A stretch of 64,000 nt of DNA, taken from NCBI GenBank assembly GCA_964016885.1, contig OZ024757.1:8432001-8496000 (forward strand), read 5' to 3'. The position numbers and the translations under genes were made by a program. The stretch comes from Eledone cirrhosa (taxonomy: Eukaryota). Shown here one piece after another: positions 26,489-39,500 of the stretch. The notes below the pieces were generated by a model, which made no database searches, was not told where the DNA came from, and saw only the letters and a program-made list of their open reading frames with translations. Each line of letters starts with the position of its first letter. Within the stretch, counting starts at the first letter, position 1.

Positions 26489-27346
26489 CATGTGTGGACG
26501 ATATTTGGTCGCAATTTTCAACTGCTAATTTTATGCAAATTTTTTTTACTCCGTTGTCACTCTTGTCCTCATAAAAACAGTGACTATATTTCCATTATTT
26601 ATTTTCAGAATAATTGATTATGAATAATTTTGAACCTCCAAATTTGTGGCAGAGACACGGAGTTCTTCTTGGAATCTGCGCCGAGAGGACAAATAAGACC
26701 AGAAGTTAACTCCCAGAACAACATGTGGCTCGCTGTCTCATCCAAAGACGTGCCCAGAGTCATACAGATAAAGTTTCCACCGACAACATTGGTCTTAGGT
26801 GTCGTCATGCCACCTGACTGCTTCCCCGAGGGTCTCAAGCTGAACACCGATGGCTACATTCGCGTTCTGAGCGAGGTAGTAAAGCCCTTGATGGACCAGG
26901 TAGCTGCAGGTAGGCCGTACGTGTGGCAGCAAGACTCAGCGCCCTGCCATACCAGCCAAAAGATCCAAGCCTGGCTGACAGAGAACTTCATCGACCTCAC
27001 CTCCCCTGACATCTGCCCTCCCAGCTTACCTGACTGCAATCCTCTCGACTTCTTTGTGTGACGCACAGTGGAATGAGACACCAACAGATCCAGCTGCAAT
27101 ACGAAAGACGATCTGAAGGCCAGGATCACAAGTGCCTTTAGGGGCCTAAGTAAGGGGACAGTGACGAAGGCCTTTAGCCGGTTTCGAGGTTGTCATCAAA
27201 GCCAATGGCAGGGTTATCGAGTGAGATTGAAAGAACAAGTCATGAAGACAAACTGACCCAAGTTTGATAAATAAATCTTAAAAAACAAAACTATTGTTAT
27301 TTTTTCCTAGACAGTTATCTTGCGAATAATTATCGTCCGCACCCTG
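26489..27346 (+). mobile_element. Tc1/mariner superfamily, DD37D (maT) element, internally deleted
   Basis: ORF 26630-27061 has QQDSAPCH...PDCNPLDFFV with 37 residues between the 2nd and 3rd D. Right TIR reads CAGGGTGCGGACGATAATTATTCGCA on the minus strand; left TIR degenerate (catgtgtggacgatatttggtcgca); TA flanks. Confidence 0.88.
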
Positions 27347-27414
27347 TATGTATACATATATAATATATGATATATAATATATATATACACACACATATAT
27401 ATATATATATATAT

Positions 27415-28447
27415 AAAGGGGATGCTCTGGAGAGAAGCAATTATAGGGGTATGAAACTGATGGATCGGGTTATGAAAGTGGATGAAAAGATATTAGCACA
27501 ACTGATTAGAGAAAGGGTCAAACTAGATGAGATGCAGTTTGGTTTTGTGCCTGGGAAGAGAACAACAGGTGCCCTCTTCTTGGTGAGACAATTGCAAGAG
27601 AGGTTCTTAGAGAAGAATAAGTCACTATACTTAGCCTTTGTTGACCTAGAGAAGGCCTTTTGATAGGGTGCCCCGATCTGACATCTGATGGTCCCTAAGG
27701 AAACTTGCTGTTGTGGAATGGCTTGTGAGGACAGTGCAAACTATGTACATGGGTGCTGTCAGTAAAGTCAGGGTAGGAATGGAGTTTAGTGAGGAATTCC
27801 AGATATAAGTAGGAGTACATCAGGGTTCGGTCCTCAGCCTGCTCTTGTTCATTATAGTCCTCCAAGCCATAACAGAGGCGTTTAAGACTGGCTGTCCATG
27901 GGAACTTCTCCATGTTGACGATCTGGTTCTTATAGCAGAATCAGTAGAGGAGCTAGAGAATAAATTCTGGCTATGGAAACAGCAGTTGGAAGCAAGAGGA
28001 CTGAGGGTGAACCTAGCTAATACAAAAGTGTTGATGAGTAGAAAACAGGACAAAACTCTGATTCCGTCAGGGAAATGGCCATGTTCAATATGCAGAAAAG
28101 GAACTGGCATAAATTCTATAAAATACACACAATGTAGATCCTGGGTACACAAGAGATGTAGCGGGATAGCAGGCAAACTAACAGGTAGGGAGAAATATGT
28201 ATGCAGTAGATGTACAGGGAAATTAGACAGTAGAAGTCACAGTGATAGACACATTTTTCAAATGCAGGAGGGCGCTATAGAAGTGGGGGATAGCTTCCGG
28301 TACCTAGGAGATCAGATTAGCATGGGAGGAGGGTGTTCCGTGGCCATAGTATCTAGAATAAGGACGGGTTAGAGATGCTGAATAAGAACCGTCCCAAACT
28401 TGCAAGCAGGGAAAAGCGGACGTAAAATGATGATGATGATGATGATG
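27415..28447 (+). mobile_element. RTE subfamily B fragment with stops and a ~460-bp internal deletion at ~28370
   Basis: RT motifs in ORFs 27367-27663 and 27845-28372; compared with 43997-45484. Confidence 0.93.
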
Positions 28448-28467
28448 ATATATATATATATATATAT

Positions 28468-28698
28468 ATCATCATCATCAACACTGTTTTGCGTCCGTTC
28501 TTCTATGCTAGCATGGGTTAGACGGGTTGTCCTGTTGTGGCAGTGTCCGGTTGGCTGACCTTGTCTTGCTCATACGGCAACTGATTTTGGCTTGATTTCT
28601 ACAGCTGGATGCCCTTCCTAAGACCAACCTCATTTACAGTGAGTGCTGGGTACTTTTCTTCCATGGTGCCTACATGTCTACTTTATAGTGTGGGTTGA
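28468..28698 (-). mobile_element. RTE subfamily A-type 3'UTR fragment
   Basis: Matches 3061-3240 and 45771-46000. Confidence 0.85.
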
Positions 28699-28819
28699 TA
28701 TATATATAATATATTTAATATATATATATATGATATATATATATAATATATATATATATATATAATATAATATATATAATATTTATAATATAATATATAT
28801 ATCTATAATATAATATATA

Positions 28820-28998
28820 TATCTATATATCTAAAATAGAAAATGCTTAAAACTCAAACTTTACACATGTGATACTTCAAACTTTACACATGTAATACTT
28901 ATGGTCCTCTGAGTGTTTTGAGGAGAAAAATTTCAAATTTTCAATGCCCTAGGGACCGCATTAGGCAATTTAGCGATCTCCGGGCCATTCTGCTAATA
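28820..28998 (+). mobile_element. Possible non-autonomous Helitron-like remnant
   Basis: Starts atctatatatctaaaa and ends gcgatctccgggccattctgctaa, resembling TC...CTAG termini; the end is imperfect. Confidence 0.3.
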
Positions 28999-29016
28999 AT
29001 ATATATATAATATATA

Positions 29017-29225
29017 TGGCTTAGTGGTTAGAACATTGGGCTTGTAATTGAAAGATTGTGAGTTCAATTCTCGGACCGGGTGATGTGTTATGTCCTTGAG
29101 CAAGACACTTTATTTCACGTTGCTCCTTCTACCTGGAGTTGTGACCAATAGATAGTATTAGCAATTGGAAAGACCAATGGAAACATTGTTTCTTCAGTCC
29201 AATTTGACGAAAGTCAATCGACTGA
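29017..29225 (+). mobile_element. tRNA-derived SINE, alternative body
   Basis: Same A/B-box head as 7819 but a different 3' body, shared with 33767-33976. Confidence 0.75.
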
Positions 29226-29477
29226 CGATATATGTATATATATATATTATACATATATATATATATATATGTGTCACTTACTGTATCTGCTAGAAGGACC
29301 CAGATAATATGAGATGTTTTCCCGGCTGTATCATATACTGCAAATCTATGCAGATATATACACATATATACACAAACACATAAAGATACACAAGTAATTA
29401 TACACACATTGAAGTGGTTGATAGCTTATGTGACTTAATTAGCAGTGGAGGATGACTTTATAACACCTGCCAATAAA

Positions 29478-29925
29478 ATATGATGCTGCATGGTAGTGAA
29501 ACAAGGACTGTGACAGCAGAAAAAAAGTGTAGACTGGAGAGGAATGAAGCAACCATGCTTCATTGGATGTGCCATTTAAGTGTGAGAGAAAGGCAGAGAT
29601 TGGACAAGTTCAAGAAGAAGCTGGGTTTAAGAGGGATCTTAAGAGATGTGTAAGAGAGAAGACTGCATTGGTACAGACATGTGATACACATGGATAATGA
29701 CAGCTGGGTGAAGAAGTGCCAGGACATCCCAGTAGAAGGAAGCCACAGTAGAGGTAGACCAAGAAAGACCTAGACAGAGGCTATGTGAACTGACTTCAAA
29801 TGACTGACTCTCACAGAGGAGATGACAAAGGAACATGACAAGTTGAAAGATGCCATGTTGAGAAGGACCTGTCCAAACAAAAAAGCATGGAAAACGAACA
29901 TAAAAACAGTGATGATGTTAATGAA
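29478..29925 (+). mobile_element. Old degenerate RTE 3' fragment
   Basis: atgctgcatggtagtgaaac...agactggagaggaatgaagc...gaggtagaccaagaaagacc, plus a decayed tail. Confidence 0.8.
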
Positions 29926-30199
29926 GATGACGTACATGTACACACAGACATAATAAATAAATCAAATACAGATATGCACATACTTATATATAAATACAGA
30001 TACAAACATATACATGGTCACAAATTTCTACACACATACATTCACATATATGTAGCGTATGTCAATTCTGAACAATACAGTTTTGTCAGCACAAGTCTTG
30101 GTTACAACTTCTACAAATAAAATGAAAGAAGAATTTCTTAGTAAAACAGTTTTATTCAAACTATTAACAACATTGGTGGCACTATTTTAGGTGAGTGAC

Positions 30200-30786
30200 A
30201 TGGTTTTTATCTTGTCTGATTGTGTTTGTGTTGCATCAAGTAACCTTTACAAGTGAATTATTTATCACAGACATCACAGTGATATCGTTCCTCTCCTGTA
30301 TGTTAGTGTGTAGGGAAGCCACAATATATAGAGAAGGATTTACCACAGACATCACAGTGATATGGTTCCTCTCCTGTATGTTAGTGTGTACTGAAACCAA
30401 AATTAGAAAATTATTTACATGGGTGGTGGCGAGAGCAGACGTTTGAAGCTCACGGTGCAGATGACGAAGGACCGTGACAAGTGAAGAGACGCTTTGCTGA
30501 ATAGGACCCATCCCACCCTTGCAAGCAGGGAAAAGCGGACGTAAAATAACGATGATGATGATGATGATATGGTTTCCCTCATCTATGCATATATTTAGTT
30601 AAATTGCTGCATTAAAAGATATATTTTCCAAACATATCAAAGTGATATGGCTTCCCACCTGTATATGTTTGTGTGAAGTTAATGTAACATTGAAAGAGAA
30701 TGATTTACCATAGATATTACACTGATATATATTTGTATTCTCATTAATTCACAATTTTGAGAGGATTTATCACTGATGTCAATGCA
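30200..30786 (-). pseudogene. Decayed C2H2 finger repeats downstream of the ZNF stop, interrupted by an RTE-B 3' end (30417-30568, +)
   Basis: Remnants such as tttaccacagacatcacagtgatatgg and ctcctgtatg; the inserted RTE terminus ends gcggacgtaaaa..(gat)n. Confidence 0.7.
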
Positions 30787-32244
30787 TTAAGATTTCTCAT
30801 CTGCATGTATGAGTTTGTGAGTAGTTAGGCTACTTTCCTCAGAGAATGATATACCACAGATATCACAGTGATATGGCTTGTCTCCTGTATGGGTACGTAT
30901 GTGTCTAGTTAAGGTACTACTATCAGAGAATGATGTACCACAGATATCACAGTGGTATGGCTTGTCTCCTGTATGTATACGTTTGTGTTTAGTTAAGTGA
31001 CCACTTACAGAGAATGATTTACCACAGATATCACAGGGATAGGGTTTGTCTCCTGTATGGGTACGTATGTGTCGCATTAAGTTACTACTTTGAGAGAATG
31101 ATTTACCACAAATATCACAGTGATATGGCTTGTCTCCTGTATGTATACGTTTGTGGCTAGTTAAGCTACTACTATCAGAGAATGATTTACCACAGATATC
31201 ACAGTGATATGGCTTCTCTCCAGTATGTATACGTTTGTGTTTAGTTAAGTGACCACTTACAGAGAATGATTTACCACAGATATCACAGGGATAGGGTTTG
31301 TCTCCTGTATGGGTACGTATGTGTCGCATTAAGTGACTACTTTGAGAGAATGATTTACCACAGATATCACAGTGGTATGGCTTGTCTCCTGTATGTATAC
31401 GTTTGTGGCTAGTTAAGCTACTACTATCAGAGAATGATTTACCACAGATATCACAGTGATACGGCTTCTCTCCCGTATGTATACGTTTGTGTCTAGTTAA
31501 GGTACTAGTATCACAGAATGATTTACCACAGATATCACAGTGATATGGCTTCTCTCCAGTATGTATACGTTTGTGTTTAGTTAAGTGACCACTTACAGAG
31601 AATGATTTACCACAGATATCACAGGGATAGGGTTTGTCTCCTGTATGGGTACGTATGTGTCGCATTAAGTGACTACTTTGAGAGAATGATTTACCACAGA
31701 TATCACAGTGGTATGGGTTGTCTCCTGTATGTATACGTTTGTGGCTAGTTAAGCTACTACTATCAGAGAATGATTTACCACAGATATCACAGTGATACGG
31801 CTTCTCTCCCGTATGTATACGTTTGTGTCTAGTTAAGGTACTAGTATCACAGAATGATTTACCACAGATATCACAGTGATATGGCATGTCTCCTGTATGT
31901 ATACGTTTGTGTCTAGTTAAGGTTCCTCTATCAGAGAATGATTTACCACAGATATCACAGTGATACGGCTTGTCTCCTGTATGAGTACGTTTGTGTCTAG
32001 TTAAGGCATTACTTACAGAGAATGATTTACCACAGATTTCACAGTGGTATGGCTTCTCTCCTGTATGTATAAGTTTGTGTCTAGTTAAGGCATTACTTTC
32101 AGAGAATGATTTACCACAGATATCACAGTGATATGGCTTGTCTCCTGTATGGGTACGTTTGTGATTAGTTAAGTTATTACTTACAGAGAAAGATTTACCA
32201 CAGATATCACAGTGATAAGACATATCCCCTGTATGTATACACAT
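30787..32244 (-). CDS. Tandem C2H2 (Kruppel-type) zinc-finger protein, 17 fingers in the ORF
   Basis: 28-aa repeats CxxCGKSF...H...HTG(D/E)KPY. The frame stays open upstream to ~32563, so the true start is uncertain. Confidence 0.85.
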   Translation of the reverse strand: MCIHTGDMSYHCDICGKSFSVSNNLTNHKRTHTGDKPYHCDICGKSFSESNALTRHKLIHTGEKPYHCEICGKSFSVSNALTRHKRTHTGDKPYHCDICGKSFSDRGTLTRHKRIHTGDMPYHCDICGKSFCDTSTLTRHKRIHTGEKPYHCDICGKSFSDSSSLTSHKRIHTGDNPYHCDICGKSFSQSSHLMRHIRTHTGDKPYPCDICGKSFSVSGHLTKHKRIHTGEKPYHCDICGKSFCDTSTLTRHKRIHTGEKPYHCDICGKSFSDSSSLTSHKRIHTGDKPYHCDICGKSFSQSSHLMRHIRTHTGDKPYPCDICGKSFSVSGHLTKHKRIHTGEKPYHCDICGKSFSDSSSLTSHKRIHTGDKPYHCDICGKSFSQSSNLMRHIRTHTGDKPYPCDICGKSFSVSGHLTKHKRIHTGDKPYHCDICGTSFSDSSTLTRHIRTHTGDKPYHCDICGISFSEESSLTTHKLIHADEKS

Positions 32245-32983
32245 GTGTGTAGTTAAGGTACTACTTTTATTGAATGATTTACCACAGATATGACAGTGAT
32301 ATGTCCTCTGTCCTGTATGTATATGTTCATGTCTAGTTAAGTGAATACTTTGAGAGAATGATTTACCACAGATGTCACAGTGGTATAGCTTGTCTCCTGT
32401 ATGGGTACGTACGTGTTTAGTTAATGCATCACTTTGAGGGAATGTTTTACCACAGATCTCACAATGATATTGCTTGTCTTCTGTATTGGTACGATTGTGG
32501 GTAGTTAAGTTACTGCTTACAGAGAATGATTTACCACAGATATCACAATGATATGGCTTGTCTCATGTATGTATGCTTTTGTTACTAGCTAACGTACTAC
32601 TGTGAGAGAATGAATTACTACAGATATCACAGTGACATGGCTTGTCTCCTGTATGTGAGTAGTTAAGGTACTACATTTATTGAATGATTTACCACATATA
32701 TTGCAATGATATGGCTTCTTTTCTCCAACCTTTGTCATCTCACCAGGAATACTAAACATTTTCGATTGTGTTTCGCATTTAACTTTCCACTCCATTTATT
32801 TTCGATAATAATTTTATCTCCAACAGAATATACTTGTAATATTTTTTACATTATATTCCTAAAAAATATATCTTCTATATTTCCCTCAACTGTGATTTCA
32901 GTTAATAGTCTTCAAATGATGATAAATAGAGGTGATGTATCCAAGATTGAAAATAATAATTAATCCCAATGTCATCTGGTATT
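32245..32983 (-). pseudogene. 5' part of the same ZNF exon: N-terminus and ~6 more fingers with a frameshift (~32655) and TGA (~32565)
   Basis: MEWKVKCETQSKMFSIPGEMTKVGEKKPYHCNICGKSF from 32795; acceptor-like tttctttcttatttcag ends at 32984. Confidence 0.7.
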
Positions 32984-33489
32984 CTGAAATAAGAAAGAAA
33001 CAGTATGAGATAATACAGAATACTTAAGAAGCAGAGATAGATTTAACAGTGGAAATTGTATATTTCTATATTCGTAAACTGTAGATATCAACTTTCCTGT
33101 CCAGAGTAATTCTCTCCAATGCAAACAGTGGTATTCCAGCATGCTCTATAAATGTTATCCTTCTATCACTAGAGAAGTCTGCTCTATGGCAGTTTAGTGA
33201 AAAATTCATTCTGATAGGACTCTCTAATATAGCAATCATCTCCTCTCCTGGTGACATGTCAACACTAGTTTAACTTCCATCTTTTTATTAGTAGGAGTCA
33301 ATTGTTCCTCTATATCTTTTTCTTACTTCTTTTCTATCTTCCTCTGCGAGAAATCGGCCGTGTTTAGACCAGGAGTTACGAGTTACAATATCAGATTTCA
33401 CTTGAAGTTTTATTCAAATCACAATGGTGTTCAAACGAGAGAGGTGATGGGCTCCATCAGGTTTTCAAATATGCACCCCTATAGTGTAC

Positions 33490-34205
33490 CCCTACGACTC
33501 CACTACTGTTTCATTTGTTTAGGACTATGTCTGGGTTAGCCAGCCAATTATCAGTAGAAGGAAAAACAGGGCCCTGATACCCTCAGAAAAATGGCCTTGC
33601 TCAGTGTGCTAGAAAGGTGTAGGTAGAAATTCCATTCTCTGTCCAAAATACAAACAATGGGTACACAAGAGATGTAGTGGGATCTCAGGTAGGTTAGCTA
33701 AGAATATACGTTTTACATGTGGCCAGTGCACAGGAGCAGTAAGTAGCAAACATTCACAGGAAGCAACGATTGACTTTCGTCAAATTGGACCGAGGAAACA
33801 ATGTTTCCATTGGTCTTTCCAATTGCTAATACTATCTGTCAGTCACAACTCCAGGTAGAAGGAGCAATGTGAAATAAAATGTCTTTCTCAAGGACATAAC
33901 GCATCACCCGGTCAGTGAATCGAACTGACAACCTCACGATTGCGAATCCAATTCTCTAAACATTCAGCCACACGCCTTCACAGGAAACAAGCTCTAACAC
34001 ACTGTTGGAGGGTCACATAGAAGAGGTAGACAGCTTCTGTTGCTTGGGTGATGATATCATCAGTGGAGGTGGGTGTTCTGAAAGTAGAGCAGCCTGAGTG
34101 AACATGGAATGGAAAAGGTTCAGGATGCTATTACCATGGCAACTTACTAAAGGCTTTTTCCTCAAAACAAAGGGCAGGTTGAATAATGTGTGTATACGAA
34201 CAGTT
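33490..34205 (+). mobile_element. Degenerate RTE (A-like) fragment split by a SINE
   Basis: aaatggccttgctcagtgtgc...tgggtacacaagagatgtagtgg...gtagacagcttctgttgcttggg. Confidence 0.75.
33767..33976 (-). mobile_element. tRNA-derived SINE with target-site duplication
   Basis: Flanked by ttcacaggaagcaa (33753-66) and ttcacaggaaacaa (33977-90); B-box gttcgattc on the minus strand. Confidence 0.8.
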
Positions 34206-34207
34206 TA

Positions 34208-34255
<48 letters not shown>

Positions 34256-34284
34256 GTGTGTATATGTATATATATATATACATT

Positions 34285-34745
34285 AAGACAATGTCACTGG
34301 ACCGAGATCTTTGGCGCTACTCAGTAATACAGAAGATCCGCCTTGCCTAAGTACAAAACGAAACCTAGTCAGTAGGCACCTCTTAACCAAATATACACCC
34401 CCATCCCACTATCCAACCCCCACCCCATCAACACCACCCTATCTCTGTAAAGTTATGTTGGTACCACAACATCCAGTCCTAAATAAATGAGGTTGTGTAG
34501 GTGTCACGACAAAAAACACACAGTCCACGCTGTAATGTGGCCGTGTAGGTAACATGGTAAAAACCTCCCAGTCCACACTGTAAACGGGGTTGGTGTTAGG
34601 AAGGATATCCAGCCATAGAAAACCTGCCATCTAGTCCTATACAAGTGAGATACGGTCATCCGACCAATCTTGCCTCAAGTGGGACAATTTCCGTCTAAAC
34701 CCAGGCTAGCGTGGAAGGTAGACGTTAAACGATGATGATGATCAT
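34285..34745 (+). mobile_element. RTE subfamily C-like 3' end
   Basis: Matches 15205-15660. Confidence 0.85.
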
Positions 34746-34819
34746 GACAAGCAATATATATAATCTAAATAGAATGGTATAATGAAAGCATATAATGTAG
34801 GTACAGCAGTATTCTCATA

Positions 34820-36262
34820 AATTGCTACAAAGGTAAAGGGGATGCTCTAGAAAGCAGCAATTATAGGGGCATAAAGCTGATGGATCAGGTTATGAAAGTG
34901 GCAGAGAGAATATTAGCACATCTGATTAGAGAAAGGGTCAATTTAGATGAGATGCAGTTTGGTTTTGTGCCTCGGAAAAGTACAACAGAAGCCCTCTTCT
35001 TAGTGAGGCAACTACAAGAGAGGTTCTTAGAGAAGAATAAGTCTCTATACTTAGCTTTTGTTAGGGTACCCCGATCTGTCATCTGGTGGTCCCTAAGGAA
35101 ACTATGTGTAAACGAATGGCTTGTGAGGACAGTGCAGGCTATGTACTGGGCTGCTGTCAGTAAAGTGAGGGTAGGAATGGAGTTTAGTGAGGAATTCCAG
35201 ATACAAGTAGGTGTACATCAAGGTTCGCTCCTCAGCCGACTCTTGTTCATTATAGGCCTCCAAGCCATAACAGAGGAGTTTAAGACTGGATGCCCATGGG
35301 AACTTCTCTATGCTGATGATCTGGTTCTTATAGCAGAATCAGTGAATCAGTAGAGGGGTTAGAGAATAAATTCTGGCTATGGAAATAGCAGTTGGAATCA
35401 AGAGGCCTGAGAATGAACATAGCTTAAACAAAAGTGTTGATAAGTAGAAAAGAGGACAACACTCTGATTCCATCGTGGAAATGGCCATGTTCGATATGTG
35501 GGAAAGGAACTGGCATAAATTCCATAAAATGTACGCAATGTAGATGTTGGGTACACAAGAGATGTAGTGGGATAGCAGGCAAACCAACAGGTAGGGATAA
35601 CTATGTATGCAGTAGATGTATAGGGAAAGTTGGCAGTAGTAATCGCAGTGATAGACACATTTTTCAAATACAGGTGGGTTCTAGAGATGTGGTTGATAGC
35701 TTCCGGTACCTAGGTGATCAGATTATCATGGGAGGGGTGTTCCGAGGCCATAGTATCTAGAATAAGGACGAGTTGGAAGAAGTTTAGGGAGCTGCTTTCT
35801 CTGTTGACAAAGAAGGGTTTGTCTCTGCATCCGAAAGGATGCTTATATGATGCCGATGTGCGATGCTGCATGATAGTAAGACATGGGCAGCAACTGCAAA
35901 GGATATGTGACGGCTGGAGAGAAGCAAGCATGCTCCATTGGATGTGCAATGTCAATGTGTGTGAACGACCAAGCATAGACGAGTTGAGAAAGAAACTGGG
36001 TATAAGAGGGATAGGTTGTGGTGTGCAGGAGAGAAGACTGAGATGGTATGGACATGTGACCACTGGGTAAAGAAGTGCCAAATAATCCAAGTAGTAGGAA
36101 GACGCAGAAGAGGTAGACCACATAAAACATGGGCGGAGGTGGTGAGAGAAGACCTCAGATCGCTAAAACTCACCGAGGAGATGACAAGTGGAGAGATGCT
36201 GTGCTGAATAGGACTTGTCCCACCCTTGCAAGCAGGGAAAAACGGACGTAAAATGATGATGA
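34820..36262 (+). mobile_element. RTE subfamily B, 5'-truncated, degenerate
   Basis: ORFs 34880-35353, 35434-35760 and 35714-36070; tail followed by (TA)n. Confidence 0.92.
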
Positions 36263-36494
36263 TATATATATATATATACTAGTATTCCAGTGTTTAGGGA
36301 GAGACCGATAAGATTGTTAGAACACATTGCAGCCTTGAAGAGGTGGTTTAAACAAGATTGGGTGGTGAAAGTTATAGTTTTTGTAGTAGGATCTCATCAC
36401 ATAAGGTACCTTCTTCTAGAGTTACAGAGTCATTTATATATATCTGTGTGTTTTGAACAATGAAAGTAAAACTAGAGACAAAGATATGTTCTTG

Positions 36495-36683
36495 ATTAGT
36501 TCATTGTTTTACGATCATTTCAGAGGTTTGATTGATCATGGTAGATTGATATATTGACAAACAGGTAGTTGTCATGTCACTAATTATTTCTAGTCTCAAA
36601 ATCCCTGATCAATCACACCGTATCAATATATTGATTTACCATGATCAATCAACACTCTGAAACGATCGTAAAACAATTAACCA
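36495..36683. repeat. Imperfect inverted repeat carrying a hammerhead 3'-half motif
   Basis: attgttttacgatcatttcagag...gattgatcatggta versus taccatgatcaatc...ctctgaaacgatcgtaaaacaat. Confidence 0.6.
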
Positions 36684-36734
36684 TATCTCAGACTTTTGTT
36701 TTATTTTCAATGTTCAATTTCTTTGGAATAATTG

Positions 36735-38310
36735 ATAAGACTTGTGTCTGGAACAAAGTACCAGCCAGACAGAGGGAGACCTAGTGGTGAAACAGCACAG
36801 TAGATAGAGCTATTAACCATGTAGCATTTACATTACTCTATATTTAGTATTATATTTTCATGGTAAAGTCTTTATCTCACATAATATTGAATCTATGAGA
36901 CTTTGATATTACTTATTTTGAGGACAATACATTAACATCAATATGAGCAGTGAGTTACAACCGGTTTGAACAGAAAGAAGTGAGAGAATTCTGGCTGGAT
37001 ACGGCCAGTTTAAATGCTAAAGGGTTAAAGACAAGTGACAGGCATGGAAAGACTGGAAAAATAGGGGCGTCAGACCAGGACCTGGTAGCTAAGAGAGAAG
37101 CTAGAAGACAGGTATACATAACACAGAGAGAGGCTGAAAAAAGAAAGTTTGCCAATGTCTTGAGACATGAGAATGAGAGGTGTGAAGTGTTTCACATTGC
37201 AAGACAGGGAAAGGTGTGTTAGAAATGACACTGGTACACTTATAACCACTGATGCTTAAAAGAAAGAGGCCTGGAAATGTTACTATGAGAGATTGATGAA
37301 TGTAGAGAATAAATTAAGAAGCAATCTTAGACTTTTGTTTTATGTTCATTGTTCAACACACACACATATATAATTGACATTCTCTTTGGAATTACTGATG
37401 AAACTTGTTAGTGACACAACTACAAGAGAAGATCCTAGATCTAGAAAAGGCCTTTGACAGAGTACCTTACTCTATTATCTGGTGGTCCTTCAGAAAATTA
37501 GGTGGAGAATGGCTTGTGAGAGCAGTGCAAGCCATGTACAGTGGAGGTGTCAGTAAAGCGAGAGTAGGAAGGGAGTTTAGTGAGGAATTCAATGTACAGG
37601 TAGGTGTTCATCATGGTTCAGTTCACAACCCACTGCTGTTCTTCATAGTTCTCCAGGCCATAACCAATGAGTTTAAGACTGGCTGTTCACGGGAAACAGT
37701 CTAATGTGAATGATCTGGTCCTATAGGTGAATCCATAAAAGAACTAGAGAATAAGTGACCCTACTGTATATGTAGGAAAGAAGTAGGCATAAACTGTACA
37801 CAATGATAGCTTCCGCTATCTAGGTAACCTAATTAGCAGCAGAGGAGGGTGCCTCGTAAGAGAGGATAGGATTGAAGTTTAGAGAGCTACTTACACTGTT
37901 GGCAAATACAGGTTTCTCCCTATGTACAAAGATGTTGGCTGTACAATGCCTGTGAGTAAGGTGCAATACTGCATGGAAGTGACACATGGGCAGTAACTGC
38001 AGAAGACATGCATAAGCTGGAGAGAAATGGAGCAACCATGCTTCGTTGGATGTGCAACATAAATGTGAGAGGAAGGCAGAGCCGGGATAAAATGAGGAAG
38101 AAATTGGTAATCACTGGTTAAAGAAGTGCTACGGAAAACCAGAGAAGAGAAGCCATACTAGAAGGAGACCAGGGTAGATGTGGTGAGAGCTGATCTCAAA
38201 TTGCTGAGACTCACAGATGACGAAGGAACAAGCGAGTGGGGAGATGTTGTACTTAAAAGGACCCATCCAACCCATGCCAGGATTGAAAAACGGACGTAAA
38301 ACTATGATGG
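36735..38310 (+). mobile_element. Heavily degenerate RTE copy in several pieces
   Basis: REARRQVY..., LEKAFDRVPYSIIWW...GVHHGS..., C-terminal remnants and the tail cggacgtaaaactatgatg. Confidence 0.8.
36813..37028. mobile_element. piggyBac-like MITE inserted at TTAA inside the RTE fragment
   Basis: ttaa-ccatgtagcattt ... aaatgctaaaggg-ttaa; the RTE reading (agagctattaa|agacaag) rejoins when it is removed; related copy at ~56513-56715. Confidence 0.7.
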
Positions 38311-38929
38311 TGTAGATGAAGTAAATTAAATCAAGATAGATTTAGACTAAAACGAACAAAACTTCCCTGAGACAACAAAGTACAACTAAATATAAAATAT
38401 ATTTTATAATGTAAGGTAGTGAACCACATAATTAAATAGACGGAGGTAATTTAAATAATAAAGATATCTTTAATTTTGTAACAAATAACACTTCCTTCTC
38501 CAAGCCTAGATTCGAAGCTGAATTTAAGAATTCTCGCTGTTCAAAATCACGACGACAGGCGCCAAAGAAAGGTTTTTTTCTTTGTCCTGTCAAAAAGTGA
38601 TTGATCAACTCCCTTTGACCTACGACCACAGCTAGGTCAAGCCAAAGTCAAATTGACCGAAGGACGTGGAAACCCTGTTGCTGTATGTCTATCATTCTAG
38701 CCACCGCAACATTATATATATGAGAGTCAAGGGAAACCCAGGATAGAAAGCTGGTCTGACAACACACAGAGAGACCTACTGTGTCAGACGAACTACACAC
38801 ACACACACTCACACAAACATATTAAGTTCCAGTGAAATAAATTATTTTTATAATGAATCCATTCACCTACTTGTTCATTATTCCGGCATACACATCCCTT
38901 ATCAATATTTCACCATTATACACAACCAC

Positions 38930-39500
38930 TACAATTTACTTAAAGCAATAACAAGGTACAGTTAAATATAAACTATATTTTATAATGTAAGGTAGTGAAG
39001 CACATAATTAAATAGACGGAGGTAATTTAAATAATAAATATATTTTTAATTTACTTAAAGCAATAACAAGGTACAGCTAAATATAAACTATATTATATAA
39101 TGTAAGGTAGTGAATCACATAATTAAATATACGGAGGTAATTTAAATAATAAATATATTTTTAATTTACTTAAAGCAATAACAAGGTACAGCTAAATATA
39201 AAATATATTTTATAATGTAAGGTAGTGAACAAGATAATTAAATAGACGGAGGTAATTTAAATAATAAATATAGCTTTAATTTACTGAAAGCAATAACAAG
39301 GTACAGCTAAATATAAAATATATTTTATAATGTAAGGTAGTGAACAAGATAATTAAATAGACGGAGGTAATTTAAATAATAAATATATCTTTAATTTACT
39401 GAAAGCAATAACAAGGTACAGCTAAATATAAACTATATTTTATAATGTAAGGTAGTGAACAAGATAATTAAATAGACGGAGGTAATTTAAATAATAAAGA
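38930..39500 (+). repeat. 115-bp tandem repeat, ~5 copies (detached partial copy at ~38380-38475)
   Basis: (t/g)aaagcaata at 38941, 39056, 39171, 39286 and 39401. Confidence 0.93.

Noticed and set aside
33066-33257. 63-aa minus ORF as an upstream ZNF exon or effector domain (likewise 63547-63741)
   Set aside because: No recognisable motif or convincing splice support by eye; left unannotated.
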